Source: Tubiluchus corallicola (Eukaryota > Animalia > Priapulida). From it: a stretch of 64,000 nucleotides of DNA. The translations under genes were made by a program, and so were the position numbers. The DNA lies in assembly GCA_030141605.1 (NCBI GenBank), contig JAQGDQ010000245.1:124001-188000 (forward strand). The letters are read 5' to 3'. A model generated the notes under the pieces. The model was not told the origin of the DNA, did no database searches, and saw nothing but the letters and a program-made list of their open reading frames with translations. Position 1 is the first letter of the stretch. Each line of letters opens with the position of its first letter. This document shows positions 13,096-27,400 of the stretch, in pieces.

Positions 13096-14710
13096 CTCTA
13101 TTAGAATCCAGGTTCCGGTCGATTTTCACCGAGCGATAACCTAATCGATATGATCGCTTAGCGCAATATGACGATCTGCGCAGCTACTCTCACGATTGCT
13201 CGCGGACAATCAGCGTTTCTATGCCTAGTACGTTTGTGACTTTGTGTATAAATAGTTAAATACTGTGAAAATACACAATATTATTTATTTAATAATTGAG
13301 ATAATGCTGAAACAGTAAAAATTCTGAAATAGACTTTATTCAGTCGAAACGTTAGTTCATTTCACTGAATAAATAAATTGTTGGTTTAAATGACGTTTTT
13401 AGTGGCTTTTATAATTTTACATTATTATGTTATAGCAAACCATAATTTTCTTTTGGAAATATTTGTTGGCCCTATTACTTATTAGGGCCTAGCCCTGAAA
13501 GGGGCTGGTTTAGTAAAAACGCAAGTTGTATCCGTTTTAAGCCCCTGGATACCACTCTGCCATATGAAGTAAAATACACTCCATTGCTTCTCGTTTGTAG
13601 TGCTGCCTCCACATAAACTTGTCGAGATGCGATGGGAGTGTGGTGGATGCACTTTCATGCATTGCCTTTATTTTTGATTTGCTGTTTGTCCACATGCACT
13701 CGACGTTGTTTGTGTGAGTGCCAGTCGTTTGATCAACAAAGTTGTTTTTATGATTGACCGTCCTGTGCGTATAATTCTGCAGTACTTGCAAAATTCTAGA
13801 TACATCAGGGATGCCATATGCTGTCCACTGGTCACTCCAAATTATGCTTCCTGGCGCGATGTGTCGCTGGATCAGTGGAAGCAACGCACAGGCAGATGTG
13901 TCCTCTTCTTCTGCAGGATTAAGTGTTTTTACCACTGGACTGAGCAGCAAAATAAAAATATTATAGCACTCAAAAGCTTACACATTTTCTTGTAATCTTT
14001 GTTGACTTGCTATATAATTATTTTAATTTGTACCCAGCCCACACTTGACTAAAATTTAACAGGAAAAATTTGCATTTTAGCATTTTTTCTGTCGCCTCCA
14101 TCAATGTAAGTGTACTTGTTATGTATACTTTTAGTCCATGCCCCGACTAAAATTTAATGTAAACAACCTGCTTTGCTAGACAATGCGCGAGGCTAAAAAA
14201 AATCGTCTGGGAGCATAACATTAAAAATTAGGTATGAAAAAGAGTTGAAAGATACGTAAATGATATGTTTATTAACATGACGGCTGTGGAAACTAAAATA
14301 TAACTGTGGTGTGCTTAGTTATTAATAGTAATGCCGAATTAAAATAATTGTTATTATGAAAAATTACTTAGCTATTTCAGCATGAACACACTTCTCGAAA
14401 CAAAAATGCTTAACACTGCTTGTAGTCATTTAATTATTTATTCAGGTAAAATACATTTATACGATCGAATGTATCAAAAATTGGGTCAAATGTCAATTTG
14501 TTTTTTATAAAAACAAATGGTAAACTTAATGGACTTTTATAATTCTATTAATAGTATTATTTCATAAACTCATTCTGCCGTAAGTGAAATTCAGGCGCTG
14601 ATCAATCATCATATCGTATGTGCAGCGCAGATTATCATATTGCGCTAAGCAATCATATCGAAATCAGCGATCACTCGGCGAAATCGAGCAGGACCTGAAT
14701 TCTAATAGAG
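13096..14710 (-). mobile_element. Merlin / IS1595 (ISXO2-like DDE) DNA transposon, internally deleted
   Basis: Imperfect TIRs of about 85 bp (CTCTATTAGAATCCAGG...GCTTAGCGCAATATGACGATCTGCGC at 13096 onward, inverse copy at about 14625-14710). Minus-strand ORF 13537-13950 has LLPLIQRHIAPGSIIWSDQWTAY, HRTVNHKNNFVD..TGTHTNNVECMW and HLDKFMWR, characteristic of ISXO2-like transposases. No TSD seen. Confidence 0.85.
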
Positions 14711-15019
14711 TGCCCAAAAATGCACCCGTACTGGCAGTATATAGATCAGCAAAAGACTCAAAAAGTATTTGTTCATTAGATGGGTTTATAATCAATAATG
14801 CACGCTTGCTCTACATGGTGTTTATCTACCTTTTTCACCATTAATTCACCATAAATATATACATACCAAGTCATCTTATAACGCTATACACATTAAAAAG
14901 CACAAAGGTTATAACACATAAAAAGTTTTGCAAGCGAGGATTTCTCACAGTGGAACTGGAACTAAGTTTCTTGGAAATCTTTTAAATAGTTTTTGCGTAA
15001 TAGGCTTACTGTCATAACA

Positions 15020-15230
15020 GACAAAAAACAACCAAACAAATAAACAAACTGTGTTGAAGCATAACTTCCTTGGCAGAGGTAAAAATAACTAAAAATAATT
15101 ATCATCCTCTGTTACCCTAACCCTAAGCACAAATTTTACTAAGTGTGCCATTTTTGCTTACTTTTCCATTTGTGCCATTTTTTCCTGTGCCATTTTTACC
15201 GTGCCATTTTTTCCTGTGCCATTTTTACCT
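15020..15230. repeat. Helentron/HINE-like end plus (GTGCCATTTTT)n tandem repeat
   Basis: An (AAAC)n-like tract followed by CATAACTTCCTTGGCAGAGGTAA (15020-15082), then ACCCTAACCCTAA at about 15114, and five GTGCCATTTTT units at 15144-15230. Confidence 0.45.
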
Positions 15231-15499
15231 ACATTCAAATTTTCAATAAAGCTTATAGAAGCCTTAATATTTTACTTACCATTATACTCTATAAGTCTTT
15301 TGTACACCTCCAAGTAATCTAATATATTTCCCAGTATAGAGTCTCCATGCCTGCATTCAGTAATCCAGGTATGGTTCAGTAAGTATCAGTAAAAGACTAA
15401 TTTACTAACATTTCTAAAATTTGTGTTGGATTTTTTAAGATGCAAATCAAAGTTGGAACAGGGAATTGATGCGAGACAAAACTATGAAAAGCTCCATGG

Positions 15500-18400
15500 A
15501 TGATGGTCTGTAGTGGGAAGAATGTTACATTGTTATTAAGCATTAGGGAAACTGGATGCTGTAGATGTTTTTACCATTTGAACCTGCAAATACTGCGTAC
15601 CTTAATTACCGAGGTAAGTACTAGATTCAATTAGAAAAGACTAAATCACGTGCACATATATCTCAGGATACAGCAGCTAATTAATGGAAGACAAACGCAT
15701 ATCAGCATCTTTAAATATTTTCAAAAATAAATTAACCGCTGATTATAGTCACACCGATGTGTGTAAGTTTCAGTTTCGTGAATTTAAAGATCGCTATCTT
15801 GCCTTTGTTAGTCAGTTTGAGTGTATAATGTGTAGTCATAACAATGCTTTAATTTTCCAAACTTATGAAGATGCTGGTGCAAAGTCACAAAGAAATCATG
15901 AACTGTAAAAATTAGAATAGTTAAAAGATAAGACTGGTGATGGTACAAACGTACAGTTCAAGAAATTCCTTTGAAATTTTATATCATCCAGATGTAACTC
16001 TACTGTACCTAGAGGTCACCTAACTAGTTGTGGCATGAGAAATTTATAAATCTAAGTCCATTACCGACTGGTTGTTGTCTTTTGAAAAATTACAGCAAGT
16101 TTTGTTAATATATTTAAAATTATTTATGTCTTATAACAGACAGGCAAACAGCTAGGTAAAAATACGTTGTTTCATAAATAGTACTTACTACTTACTAGTA
16201 GTTATCTCTTTGTTGATGCATTTGGGAATCTTTGCAGCACTGATGTCATAGTGGTTTCATTCCTGTTTGCATGAGCTATTTAAATAACTAGAAATACATA
16301 TTTTATCACTACCTTGAGTCTTTCTAATGAACTAAGGATGCTGTTACATTTCATAAACTTTTTTCTTGAATTTTCTGAACACTTGTAAAAGCTCACCTGT
16401 CTTTTATTACAATTTAAAGTGATATAAAATTTGTACTCATTACTTTTTAAAAATTATTTTCCGTATCTTTTTCTGCAACAATTTGCTACCTTTTACTTAT
16501 TAGTAGCTAAAAATGCCTTCTGTCGGGTGACCACTCATGGTGCACAATGGTATCAGTCTTAAACTGAAATACTAGTAAAATACCGCAGCTGCTTTGATTT
16601 TTTGTAATATCACATAGGTTAAACACTCTCCATCATCTAAAAGCAGTGAAGGTAAATTGCAGAATACCTGAGAGAGGTCGTCGGCATTATCAGCTTAAGC
16701 TACGATTCTTCCGGAGCAAATATAATTATCTAGAGCAAAAAATAGTCTAATAGACATTGCCTATTTTTAATTACCAGTGCATGGGTCTTGCTTATTAAAC
16801 GGTACCGTACTGGTGTAATTAAATTGGTATATGTTTTTTTCAGAAATCTTTTGTTTATCTCAAAGTATGGGAAAGATCGTCAAAGCATCCCATCATTTAT
16901 GACAAGTAAGTTGGATTTGTAAGTGACAGCATTTGTTAAGTTATTAAATAACGTTATAAAGAATTAATCTGTCGTTTAATTATGAATTAGGAAGGCAGTG
17001 ATGCTATCCTTTCTTGCCATTTCTTAAATTTTTAACTTGCCCGGAATTTCATACTTTTATGTGATATAAATTAGGCAAGTAGTGAACATAACTTGCCATT
17101 ATGGACACAGAAGAATTAGAATGATATCAAAGTCAAGAGCCCTGCCATATTGCTGTTAGTTTATTAATTGTCTGTGAATGCAATTGCTGCTTTTATTTAA
17201 ACTATTTTCTGGTTAATATGTTAGAAAACGTTGGACACTAACTGACTCCATAATTTCTCTGCAAATCAATCACATGAATAATAATAGGGATTCATTAGCA
17301 CTCTTGGAGAGCTCTATGTTAAGCAAAGTTGAGTAATAGGTATTGTTGCAATATAATGATTATGAGATTATTTATGATTATTTCATGTTGTGGCCATACA
17401 TGTAGTATTAAAGCTTTATTAGATTATTGACATTGTTTATTGATTCTTTACTCTAATTGTCTTATACTACACTATAATTATTTCTTATTTATTATGTCGT
17501 ATTTTCACATATTTGAAATAAAAAAATAAATGACTTATTTATTTATTATCCTTTGGTATAATTATCTTTTCAGCAAAATGGGAAAGTATTATTACTTAGA
17601 GATTTAGGGCTTCTGACTTTCTTATGAGTTTTCATAAATTTTTTTGCAGCAACAAGCTGTATTTGGACAAATTTCAACACTGTTATACTGTGTAAGTATC
17701 TTACCTGTGTTTTTGTGAAATTTATAAGAACTGCTCAGCTCATTAACTGATCAGTCTAATAGAATACAGCTTAATTTAGTCTACAGTGCTCAGTCAGTGT
17801 TTTAACATAAGATTTATTTATAATGTATAAAACTGTGAACTAATTTTAGTTTATGTCAGTTAATTATACTTGAATTATGATCTAGGGGTTCTACATTAAG
17901 TTGGCTGTTTTGGTTTGGCATTGTCTCTTGATCAAGATGACTTACTAACTAGGATTGCTTCTACAACATCTTCATTAGGCAGCTCTATGAGTGAAAGCAG
18001 ATTTGAGGCGGATTTAAGTAGTGGATTTGAAAAACATCCTTGCAATCATAACAACAATAAAAGCACAGCCTCGTCCATGGACACAAACCTGCTGCTGCTG
18101 TTGTTGAGAACAAATAACTTGTTTTACAATTTCACCATTGTCATCACTTATTGGAATGCTAAAAAGGCTTATTGAGAATGAAATGGCTCAATGACCAGGG
18201 GATAAAGTTTTGGAGTCCTTTTAACTTGCAGATGGAGTGACGCTATAAATGCTTTTTTATTTTTACCATTTTAACTTTTTTCCATTTTTAAACATCACAG
18301 TTCCTTAAGTCGATGTCTTTTATTATCTCTTTTTCATTTGTTTGTTACAGATGTGGAAGACATGGTGTTCCAACTAAAATTTATACGCTGCCTAATCTCT

Positions 18401-21400
18401 TTCGCAATGAAAGAGTTGAGGATACACTTACCTTTGTTTTTGCATTGGTAAGACATTCTTTCTCTTGACATGCTGCTGCATATAGGTACAGGATGGACTA
18501 TGCTTTATATGTTTCGTTACCAGTTTCACTATTTGGCTGTTACATATTAATTTCAAAGACTTTGATCTAAAACTACTGGTGTGAATTCAGATATAGTAAT
18601 CACTTGACTGAATCAGAAACTCGGCTGACAAAAATCATTCAGTACTTTTCACTGGATGTTGTGGTCCTCTGGCATTGTTGTTCCTGGATACACAGTTGAA
18701 GCTCTCAACTTTTCTGTAGTATACCAGACTACTTTTGATACAATTTACTGCAACTGGAACAGCTTATGAACAGCAGCTTCTCTTTAAACTGAAAAAAAAA
18801 CAGAATCTCCTTTCGATTGCTCACTCAATGTGTTTCTTTTGCAGATAATGCAAAACCTTTATGTGCAAATAATTCACAGTCAATAGGTATTCACTTCACA
18901 TAGATAAATTGTATTGTACCAAACTTGACAGTCCAGTGTCTGAAGCTAAGCTGGATAAAATTTCATTAACTTGATAATCTTGATTGATAATGTTAAGTGC
19001 TTGTTAAGTGCATACCGAAACATAATATTCACATTGTGTTTGTAGTTTATAGTTGATCAAAATTTGTGAGATAAAGCTTTATTGTCACTTTTCAGCTTTT
19101 TTGCTCTGTAATGTCGCAGTCTGAAGAAAAAGTATATAGAAAAGCTGTTGGTATGTTTATTAGGAGCAGTTGCCAATGGAACATGAAGTCTACAAAGGAA
19201 GTCTGTTTGTTCTTAAAGCAAACAACTGGTTGGTACGGTATGCCGTAGACACTGGAGAAGTGCTGCAACAGGTTTATCTACCTTCTTCGTATAAGTTCAA
19301 GTGAGTTCTTATTTGAAGACTGAAAGATCTTTTTCAAGAAATGCTAATTTTAATTTTTGCTGTTTTACAATAATATATGTAGTGTTCAGCAACATTTTGG
19401 TAGTTTTTGATATATAATTAGGCTACCTTTTCATTACTTGCTTTGCTTTTAGGTATCTATAAATGCTAGGCTGCTTAATTAGTTTAAGAGTCCCTACATT
19501 GTTTTGGTTTGATTACTTGGCTACAGTGAAGCTGTACACTACGCTAGTAATAGTATCTATGTATAATTTAGCATCCTGTATTGGTAACAAAGCATCACCT
19601 ATCGACAATATACTATGGTCCTTTTATTATATAAGTGCTTGCTAGCTTACCTAGCTAATACATATTATCTGTTTTTACTGACTTGAATTTTGCTAAGCAA
19701 AAGTGTAGTATTTTAATAAACACTACAAAATGTACAGTCTGTAATATATTATGTCACAAGGTTATATGTCAGCATGTGTAACAATATGTTACTAGAGCCA
19801 ATTTGTTTACAAATCAGTTAGGAACTCACTTTCAGATCCTGCGGTCGAATTTGCGCCATAATTATTTATAATAACGCTCATTTTTTGTCATCCTGCAGCT
19901 ATTATTATTATTATTATTATTGTATTACACATATTTGGAGTCATAGAAAGCCTGTTGTTTCCTCACTGGTTATGACTACTGCTACATTGTGCAAACATTA
20001 AAATTGTTATTCTACAAATGCACTGCAGAGCATTAATTTATTTGATAATGTGTACAGTATACTAGAAATTGTAGTTTGTTGCAATCTATCCTTAATTTTT
20101 GACTAAATTAAAATTGCTTATAAATATCTGAATTATTGAAAAGTTGCACTTGTTGCAAAGCTTGATAAATCACCAACGAATTTTAAGTAAACATTTTATT
20201 TTAGGCATTTAGAAATAGACACTACTGGGTACACCTTTGTTGTAAAATCGATTCACACTCGACCAGCAGCTGGGCTTCTAACCAGACAGGTAAAATAGAA
20301 ATGGATATCTGAGGATTTCAGTGCCAGGAATTTGTATTTTATATTAGTTTTCCCTTGATTAAGATCAGCTAAATTATATTTTTGTTTCATAATAAAACCT
20401 TGCATTTTTTTGCTGATAATCTATGTAACATGTGCATTATGCAAAGTTATTTACCTATCCATTCAGTTTGTTTTATTTTATAATGGAAAAAATGTTTTTT
20501 TTATAACAATTACTAAACACAGATAAGTAGGACTAATTAAAATTGTTTTATTAGAACTGTTAAGTCTGTTCTGTAAGTTATAAATTTAATTTAGCAAACA
20601 TTTGAATTGGTTTTTATTCAAGATTAGGTTCAATTTAGTTTTTATTACAGATATAGTTTATAAATATTTTTATTGTATTACATATTTTCAGAAAAATTAA
20701 GCAATTATACTTTCGTTTTTTCAGGCTGCGTCAGTGCCTGTGAAGCTCATGGCACTTGCGGTCTTTGCTTTTGCACCACTGACATTTGTTGGTATGATGG
20801 AGATTAGTAAATCAGTATGTATTAGTTTTTATTAAAGCGAGTGCAAATGTACAATTACAAAATTATTTATCTTGTTCTGTTTACATCTTATTTATCTTAC
20901 TTCTCTTTTTGTAGGTGTTTGGCAGCGACACGTGTGATGCAACAATTTTGCAAGAAGCATTAGTAACAATGCACCAGTCCGGGATAGTCAAGATCTACAG
21001 TTTTGAAAGAATCCTGCAAACAGTAGGCGTCAGTTTGTAAATCTTGTAAAGTTAACTAATTTTAGTAGTGTTGTAGAGCATTTGCTATTTACACAATTGT
21101 AACTTACAAGCAAGACGCAATTCTGAATCGACATTTGAAAATTGTTTTTAAGCGAATTCTGATTAAAGTGCCAATTTCGATCAATTGCACTTGTATTTTT
21201 TCACATCTCCCTTATTTGCTACTATCTCTGTTTTGCAGCATGGAAAATATTTTTCTGCTGTCAAAACCTTCAGTCATCTAATTTTTTGAATCTTGTAGCA
21301 GAAAAGTTATAACCTCTGCTTTTTGTACATTTATTTTTTCCAGACATTCTGGTCATTACACATGTGTACTTTTTGTGTCTTCCATGTTGGACATTATACT

Positions 21401-24400
21401 GAATTTTTTCTAAACAGGTTTATCCAAAGCCAAACTGCATGTAGCACAGGCTTTAAATCTGGTCAACCGGGAAGAGAATTAGATTTTTTGCTTAATCTTA
21501 TCTTTAAAGCTGAAAGTGAAGTTCGAAATTTTTGCAAACAATTTCAACTGAACAGCGCAGCAATTTGAAACACTTGGTCAGGTTGTGTAGTATGGGAACT
21601 AATGCAAATTTCCCATTCATTTTCCATTCCAATTTTGCTTTGGATAGAGCCGTGTAGAAATTTTTGTAAATTATTCCAGCGTGACAATGCAGTAGTGCAA
21701 ACTTAAAGCTCAGTTAGTTGAGGGTTTTATATGAAAGTAAGATGTTTTAGAACAGTGGTTCCCAAAGTAGCGGTAAATTACCCCCCGGGGGTAATATGGT
21801 TTTTTTTGGGGGGTAACGGGCACCCCTCTGAAAATTTTTAAAACTTCGCTCGGAATGCATTTTACGTAGTTTTCTTCTTGAAGAGACTGCCTCCGGCAGG
21901 CAACACTGTGTCATAATTGTAATTCTTGTTTTGGCAACAATACAACAACAACACCTGGAAATTTATTTATGTCACGAGCAAACATAAATAATTTTGCTTG
22001 CTTGTGGCATATACGTGTGTTTACTTTTTGAGTTGGTTAAGTAGTACTAGGTGGGGGTAATGGACACGACCGGGTTTCCCGATTTGGGTAACGGTCCGAG
22101 AAAGTTTGGGAACCACTGTTTTAGAAGGAAATTTAATAGAAAGTGGCCTGCCGTTGGGAGGAAAAAGGTAGAGCAAGTTTGAGTTTCAGCACAATCTGCT
22201 TTTGGTTGGTGATTGGAGCGGAGATGACTCAGAATTTCTTTTAATGGATGTTACACAAATCAAGAAAGATTAGTTGTTTTCTTGAACTTTATACAATCTG
22301 TTTTTATCTTAACTGTCAAAGATAAGGCAAAGTGACAAGTGAAGGGAAAGCGATGAATGTAGCCTTTTGTTACGTATTTCGTTTTTGAAAATCAGTGCAA
22401 AAAATTTAACTTCAGCGCTCCTCTGGCGCTGACAACATTTCAAGCATTTGGAACGCAATATTAGTGAAAGTATGCAAAAACTTGTAAATATACTTCAAGC
22501 TTAAAGACAACTCATTGTATGTTTTCTTCTGTATTTGTATTGCTCTGCCATTTGGGTGATACCTTTCTACACCAATTTCTGAGCAGTAAAAGTTTCATTA
22601 CTTCTCTTTCAAATACGCTTTGACCACGATTATTTTCGTGTGCATTGCATGCCTCGCTCATTGCTAGGTACGTAAATATATAAGCCTGCATAACATGTGA
22701 CTCGAAGGATCTGTGAATACCCTGAAATATTCGAGTTAAGCTAGAAATTTTAGAAGTTTCGCTTTTCTTGCTTGTTTTTTGATGAAATGATAGTACAAGT
22801 TTACAACACGTTTTTTTATCAGAGCAAAGTTTTTGAAGCATCCCTTGGGAAGCCATGCATGGAGTGGGATAACGTGATCCCCGGTGTCTACCCCAATGGT
22901 CTGCCATTTAATATAGTGATAAGTGGTAAGGTCACTTTTTATTTCAACTCAACAAATTTGAACTTAGATTTGTGCAGCATATGAAATTGGTTTTAGTAAC
23001 ATGTTACATATTATGAAAGGAGTAGATCTCAATGTTGTTTTTAGTAGAGACGTCTGTTCAATGCAGCATGTGTTTTGTCATCAGGAGGTCAAGGGTTGGA
23101 TTCCACACTAAGGGTGGAATTTGAAATAATTCATTATTCGAATATTCAAGGGAAGATTATTCAAAAAATCGAATATTCAATCCTTGATATTTTCCTTCCA
23201 TGCTTGTACCACTACGTATCACCGTAGCCTACAATACCACCTGTCCTGCCCACACACGGTAAGAAGTAAATACAAAATACAGTACAGTTGTTGCCATGTC
23301 ACTGGGTATGTTAATTGTTGAGACGTGACTTGCTGCTAACCTGCCACCCATGCTCTTGTCTGGACTGAACTGCAGTGTTAATTACTGCACTATGAACTGT
23401 ATGTCATGTGCTTAAACAAATTAAACACAGACTATTGAATATTGATATGCATTTGTTTTTGCATAATGAACATTCTGCAGTGTTTGAATGAACTTTTCAA
23501 AATGTTCTCATGTTTTCAAGCTCTAAATTCTTTGATGTCATAAGAATGACTAAGTATGCATGTCATACTGTATACCCAATTACCCAGTGCGGTTAACTGA
23601 CAGTGGAATGATACTGCAGGAATGATGTCAGATTCTTTTTGTCAGGACAATGTTGTTGGTTTAGTGCCAAGGTATTTTGTTTCTGTAAGTGAGCTTTTGG
23701 CATTCAACATGTGGTCAACACAGGTTACATAGGATACTCGAATAACTCATTGCTAAGACTATTGCTTTAAGACAAAATACTGAACGGGCAGAGATGTTAA
23801 GATATGAATACTTCCTCCCTGTACGAGTAAAACAGGTACAATTATTATCCTGAATGTAGCCAATCCGACAAGTATAAATCCTTAGCTTGCTCTTCCATTT
23901 ATTGACCTGTCAGGGCATTGCTTAATTTTAGTCACTAAGCAAACACTGTTACCACGTGGCCATTCACTTCTCCCTATGGTGTTAAAGCATTGTCGAACCA
24001 CACTGGCCGTTTGGCTATTCTGACTGCAAGTTGGCCTGTTCTTTTTTTATAATAGCCAAGGACTGAAATTGTGTTGCTAAACTTCGTTCGCTGAGCACCC
24101 TGACCAAATGGCTATTGCTTGCGAATGGAAGACTAATATTATTGTTCATGTTGTCTTCGTGCAGTTTTTCAGTCTCACACTTTATACTATATAAATTACT
24201 TAAAAGCACTTATTAGCATGGTCCTTAAGATCGCAGCTACTGCTGTTTGTATTTTTCTTTTTTATGGCATTTTAATAACTTTTTTCAGAATTGCCACCAG
24301 TTTTGTTTCAAGTGCGCTGTGCAGACCATAACATCCAGGTTGGTGGGTTTCCATGGCACTTCATTACAACTCCTGTCGGGTGCCAGAATACTTTTCACAT

Positions 24401-27400
24401 CCGGTCATTTCAAGACTACTCTTTGGTGAGATGGTGTAAAAAATGATGTTAAAATTATGGGTTTATTGCTTCTTTTTTGTTGACTGAAGCCTTGGGATGC
24501 ATATTTTCATTGATTTAATTTGTTTTTTTTTCTGTGAATACTTTCACCATGCTAGCCTGGTTTGCACATTTCTTCAAGATCTTACATACAGTCATAAAAG
24601 TTTTGATGTTGTAGACCTACCTGTGCTGGTGTACTTATAAGTAAATTTAGAAGTGCTGCAAAAAGTGTGTAAGTAAATACCAGCAACGGACATTTGTGTA
24701 GATTTAACTGAATGTAAATGCAATGTTTGTCTTGTATACTTGTAGGCAACCAATGGGGAGTTGATGTATGATAGCACAGGCATAGAAGCAGACAAAGCTT
24801 TCTTTCACCCAGATGAGTCTGGTAGAATAATACATTCCACAGGTCATAAATTTAGGTATTTATTAACAAACTTGATAAATTTGAAAAAAAAGTAAGGTAA
24901 AGAAAGTACGGAGCAGTTAGCTCCAAACAATGACTAATTTTTTCTTTAGCTTTTGAGAGTAATGCAGATATTTATAATGCGAACTAGTAATGCGAAAAGC
25001 AGTAGAGTAAAATTTAGCTTAATTTGACAGTATGCACTCGTTTTGCTATTGTTTTTCAAACATTACAAGTGAATCAATCTATTTAATATTTTTTCCATTA
25101 ATTTGTGTCATTATTTTCACCACACTTTTGTTTTTTTTACAATTCACATATAGTGTACTGAATATATTTTTTATTTTAAAGTACATTAGGTGCCGCTTAA
25201 TAGACTCCGTCGCTTAATTGACTCAAAAACGCCTATTCAAATGTACATAAAACTGTCAGTAATTGACTAAAGTAACTCTTCATAATTGACTCTATATTTT
25301 TCCTTCACCTACTTAAAATAAGACATTTTGTTTGTGCCCAAAGAGCCTATTCTACTTTTATGTCATGTTAAGTCCGTTTCGTTGTAAATCGCGCTTTCAC
25401 GCTTAATCAGTTAACAGTCAAAGATGCAGGTACAATAAGCAGCAAGTATTGTGGGCGAAATGCCGGCGAGAGTGTTAGAAGCAATGGATTCGGATGATGC
25501 CGCTGATCAATTAAGGTGCAAATGAACCTGGCTAAAAAAAACAGCCTCCTCAACACGCTGCATTTACTGGCTATGTCATGGAGCAATGTCATGCCCGATT
25601 CAATTCCCACTACATTGCAAGAGATAAGCCTGTTACTATCTGCTCCACCTGGTATGAGTAGAGCATATTGGTAATACTACACCCATCGGTTAATAGGTTC
25701 AGTCGGTTAATTGGGTCAAAAGACTTCGGCCCCAAAGTGAGTCTATTAAGCGGCGCCTACTGTACAAACATGCAGTTTTCAATAACTCATAGTGAAATCA
25801 CTTGACACACTTTTGCCATTTATCTTGTTGACAATATACCTCTATAGTGTATTCTTTTATTTAAGGGTTTTGAAATTGATACCATCTTCATCCAATAAGG
25901 TTACAGTCACTCCTTGTTTCACTTTCAACAACAAGGTCCAGCTATACGGCCACTCAGCAAATTCGATCGAAGTAACATCTTCAGGAAGGATTGTGAAACA
26001 CACCGATCGTTTTAACAACAAACAGCCTTATGCCCAGGCATGTTGAATCGTATGTATTAATGGCGAGAGTTAAATAATGTATTTAAACCTTGCTTACAGT
26101 GAGCACTGATATTACGAGATTTTACTTATTACGAGGGAATTTTTTGGCCTGGTGATTGTATTTACTCCGCTTTACAAGATTTTGCTTATTACAAGGAAAT
26201 TTTTCGGCCTGGTGATTGTATTTACCCTGCTTATAGTGAACGCAAGTACAAAACAATGGGGAATGAGCACCATTCACCAAGGACAAAAAGGTCACTATGG
26301 GGATTAATTTATTGATCATGCATAAAACTGTGTGTGTCAAGTGCGATGCTGTAATTTTCCAATCAGAATGAAGCGGGCACAAAATGCCATTTCAATGGAA
26401 ATGAAAGAAGAAATACTTTGTAAAATCAAAAGCGGCATAAAAACGTATAAGTATGTGAACAATATATGCTAAACTTCAGCAATTTTTAGATAATTCACCG
26501 GCAACTGATAATGGCATGTGCTTATGCCTTTCAAAACTTGACAGCTTTTTAAATAAAGCTGTGATACAATTTAATGCGAAGCAGGCAAAAATAACGGAGT
26601 TTTTCACAAAATAAACTGTTCTGTTTTGCAGAATAGATGATTCTGTGGCTTTTCAAAGTTTAGTTTTTAATAAAAACATTGTTTTAAATAAATATATTGA
26701 TTTTGCATTAAATAACCCAAAGAGGCTAGCTAGACAATAAACTTAGTTATTAACTGGCGTAGGCCCATGCTGAAATACTCATAGTGGCAAATGGTATTGC
26801 GCCTGCAGACATTGCACAGCTACACAATTTTCCACCCACATATGCAGGCATCCTAGGTTCTTGCCTCGCAATCAAATGATTGCACATACTGTAACACCCA
26901 CGCAAAACACATACAGCTATCAGCAGCTGTCTCAATAAATCACAGCAGTGGTAACTAAGAACTTGACAAATGACACTGTGATTTTATTACATAAAATACC
27001 ACCATAACCTTATAAATTATAGAGTTTATACACTATACGTTTAATTTTTTTCCGATAAAATAGTTGCTGTACAATGGCACTCGTTAAGAAACTTGTGCAG
27101 TCTCAAAAGAAAGCGTTATTTTCATTGTTGCATCATATCCACTTTGTAGTTTTCATTTCTATCTTGTACATATGCCCAGACAATTGACTTCGGCTATAAC
27201 AAGACGCCGTTATAGCGAGCAAATTTCCACGGTCCTTTGAAACTTGTTATAACCGGATTATACTGTAGTGTTTGAGCTATTTTCATTGGCACGGTGACTA
27301 GTTTGAGACAAGCAAACTATTGAACTGTGTGAGAATCAGCATAACTGCCTGACAAACACAGTACTATGAGAAATTGTGGAAACTGAAACTTTTGTGTAAT

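Noticed and set aside
15144-15230. Repeat arrays here and at 54541-54698 as CRISPR-like
   Set aside because: Eukaryotic context, no unique spacers and no cas genes. These are simple tandem repeats.
17915-18830. Possible LINE remnants in DCAF17 introns
   Set aside because: Only weak peptide resemblance (e.g. KVLNDF on the minus strand). Cannot be supported without a search.
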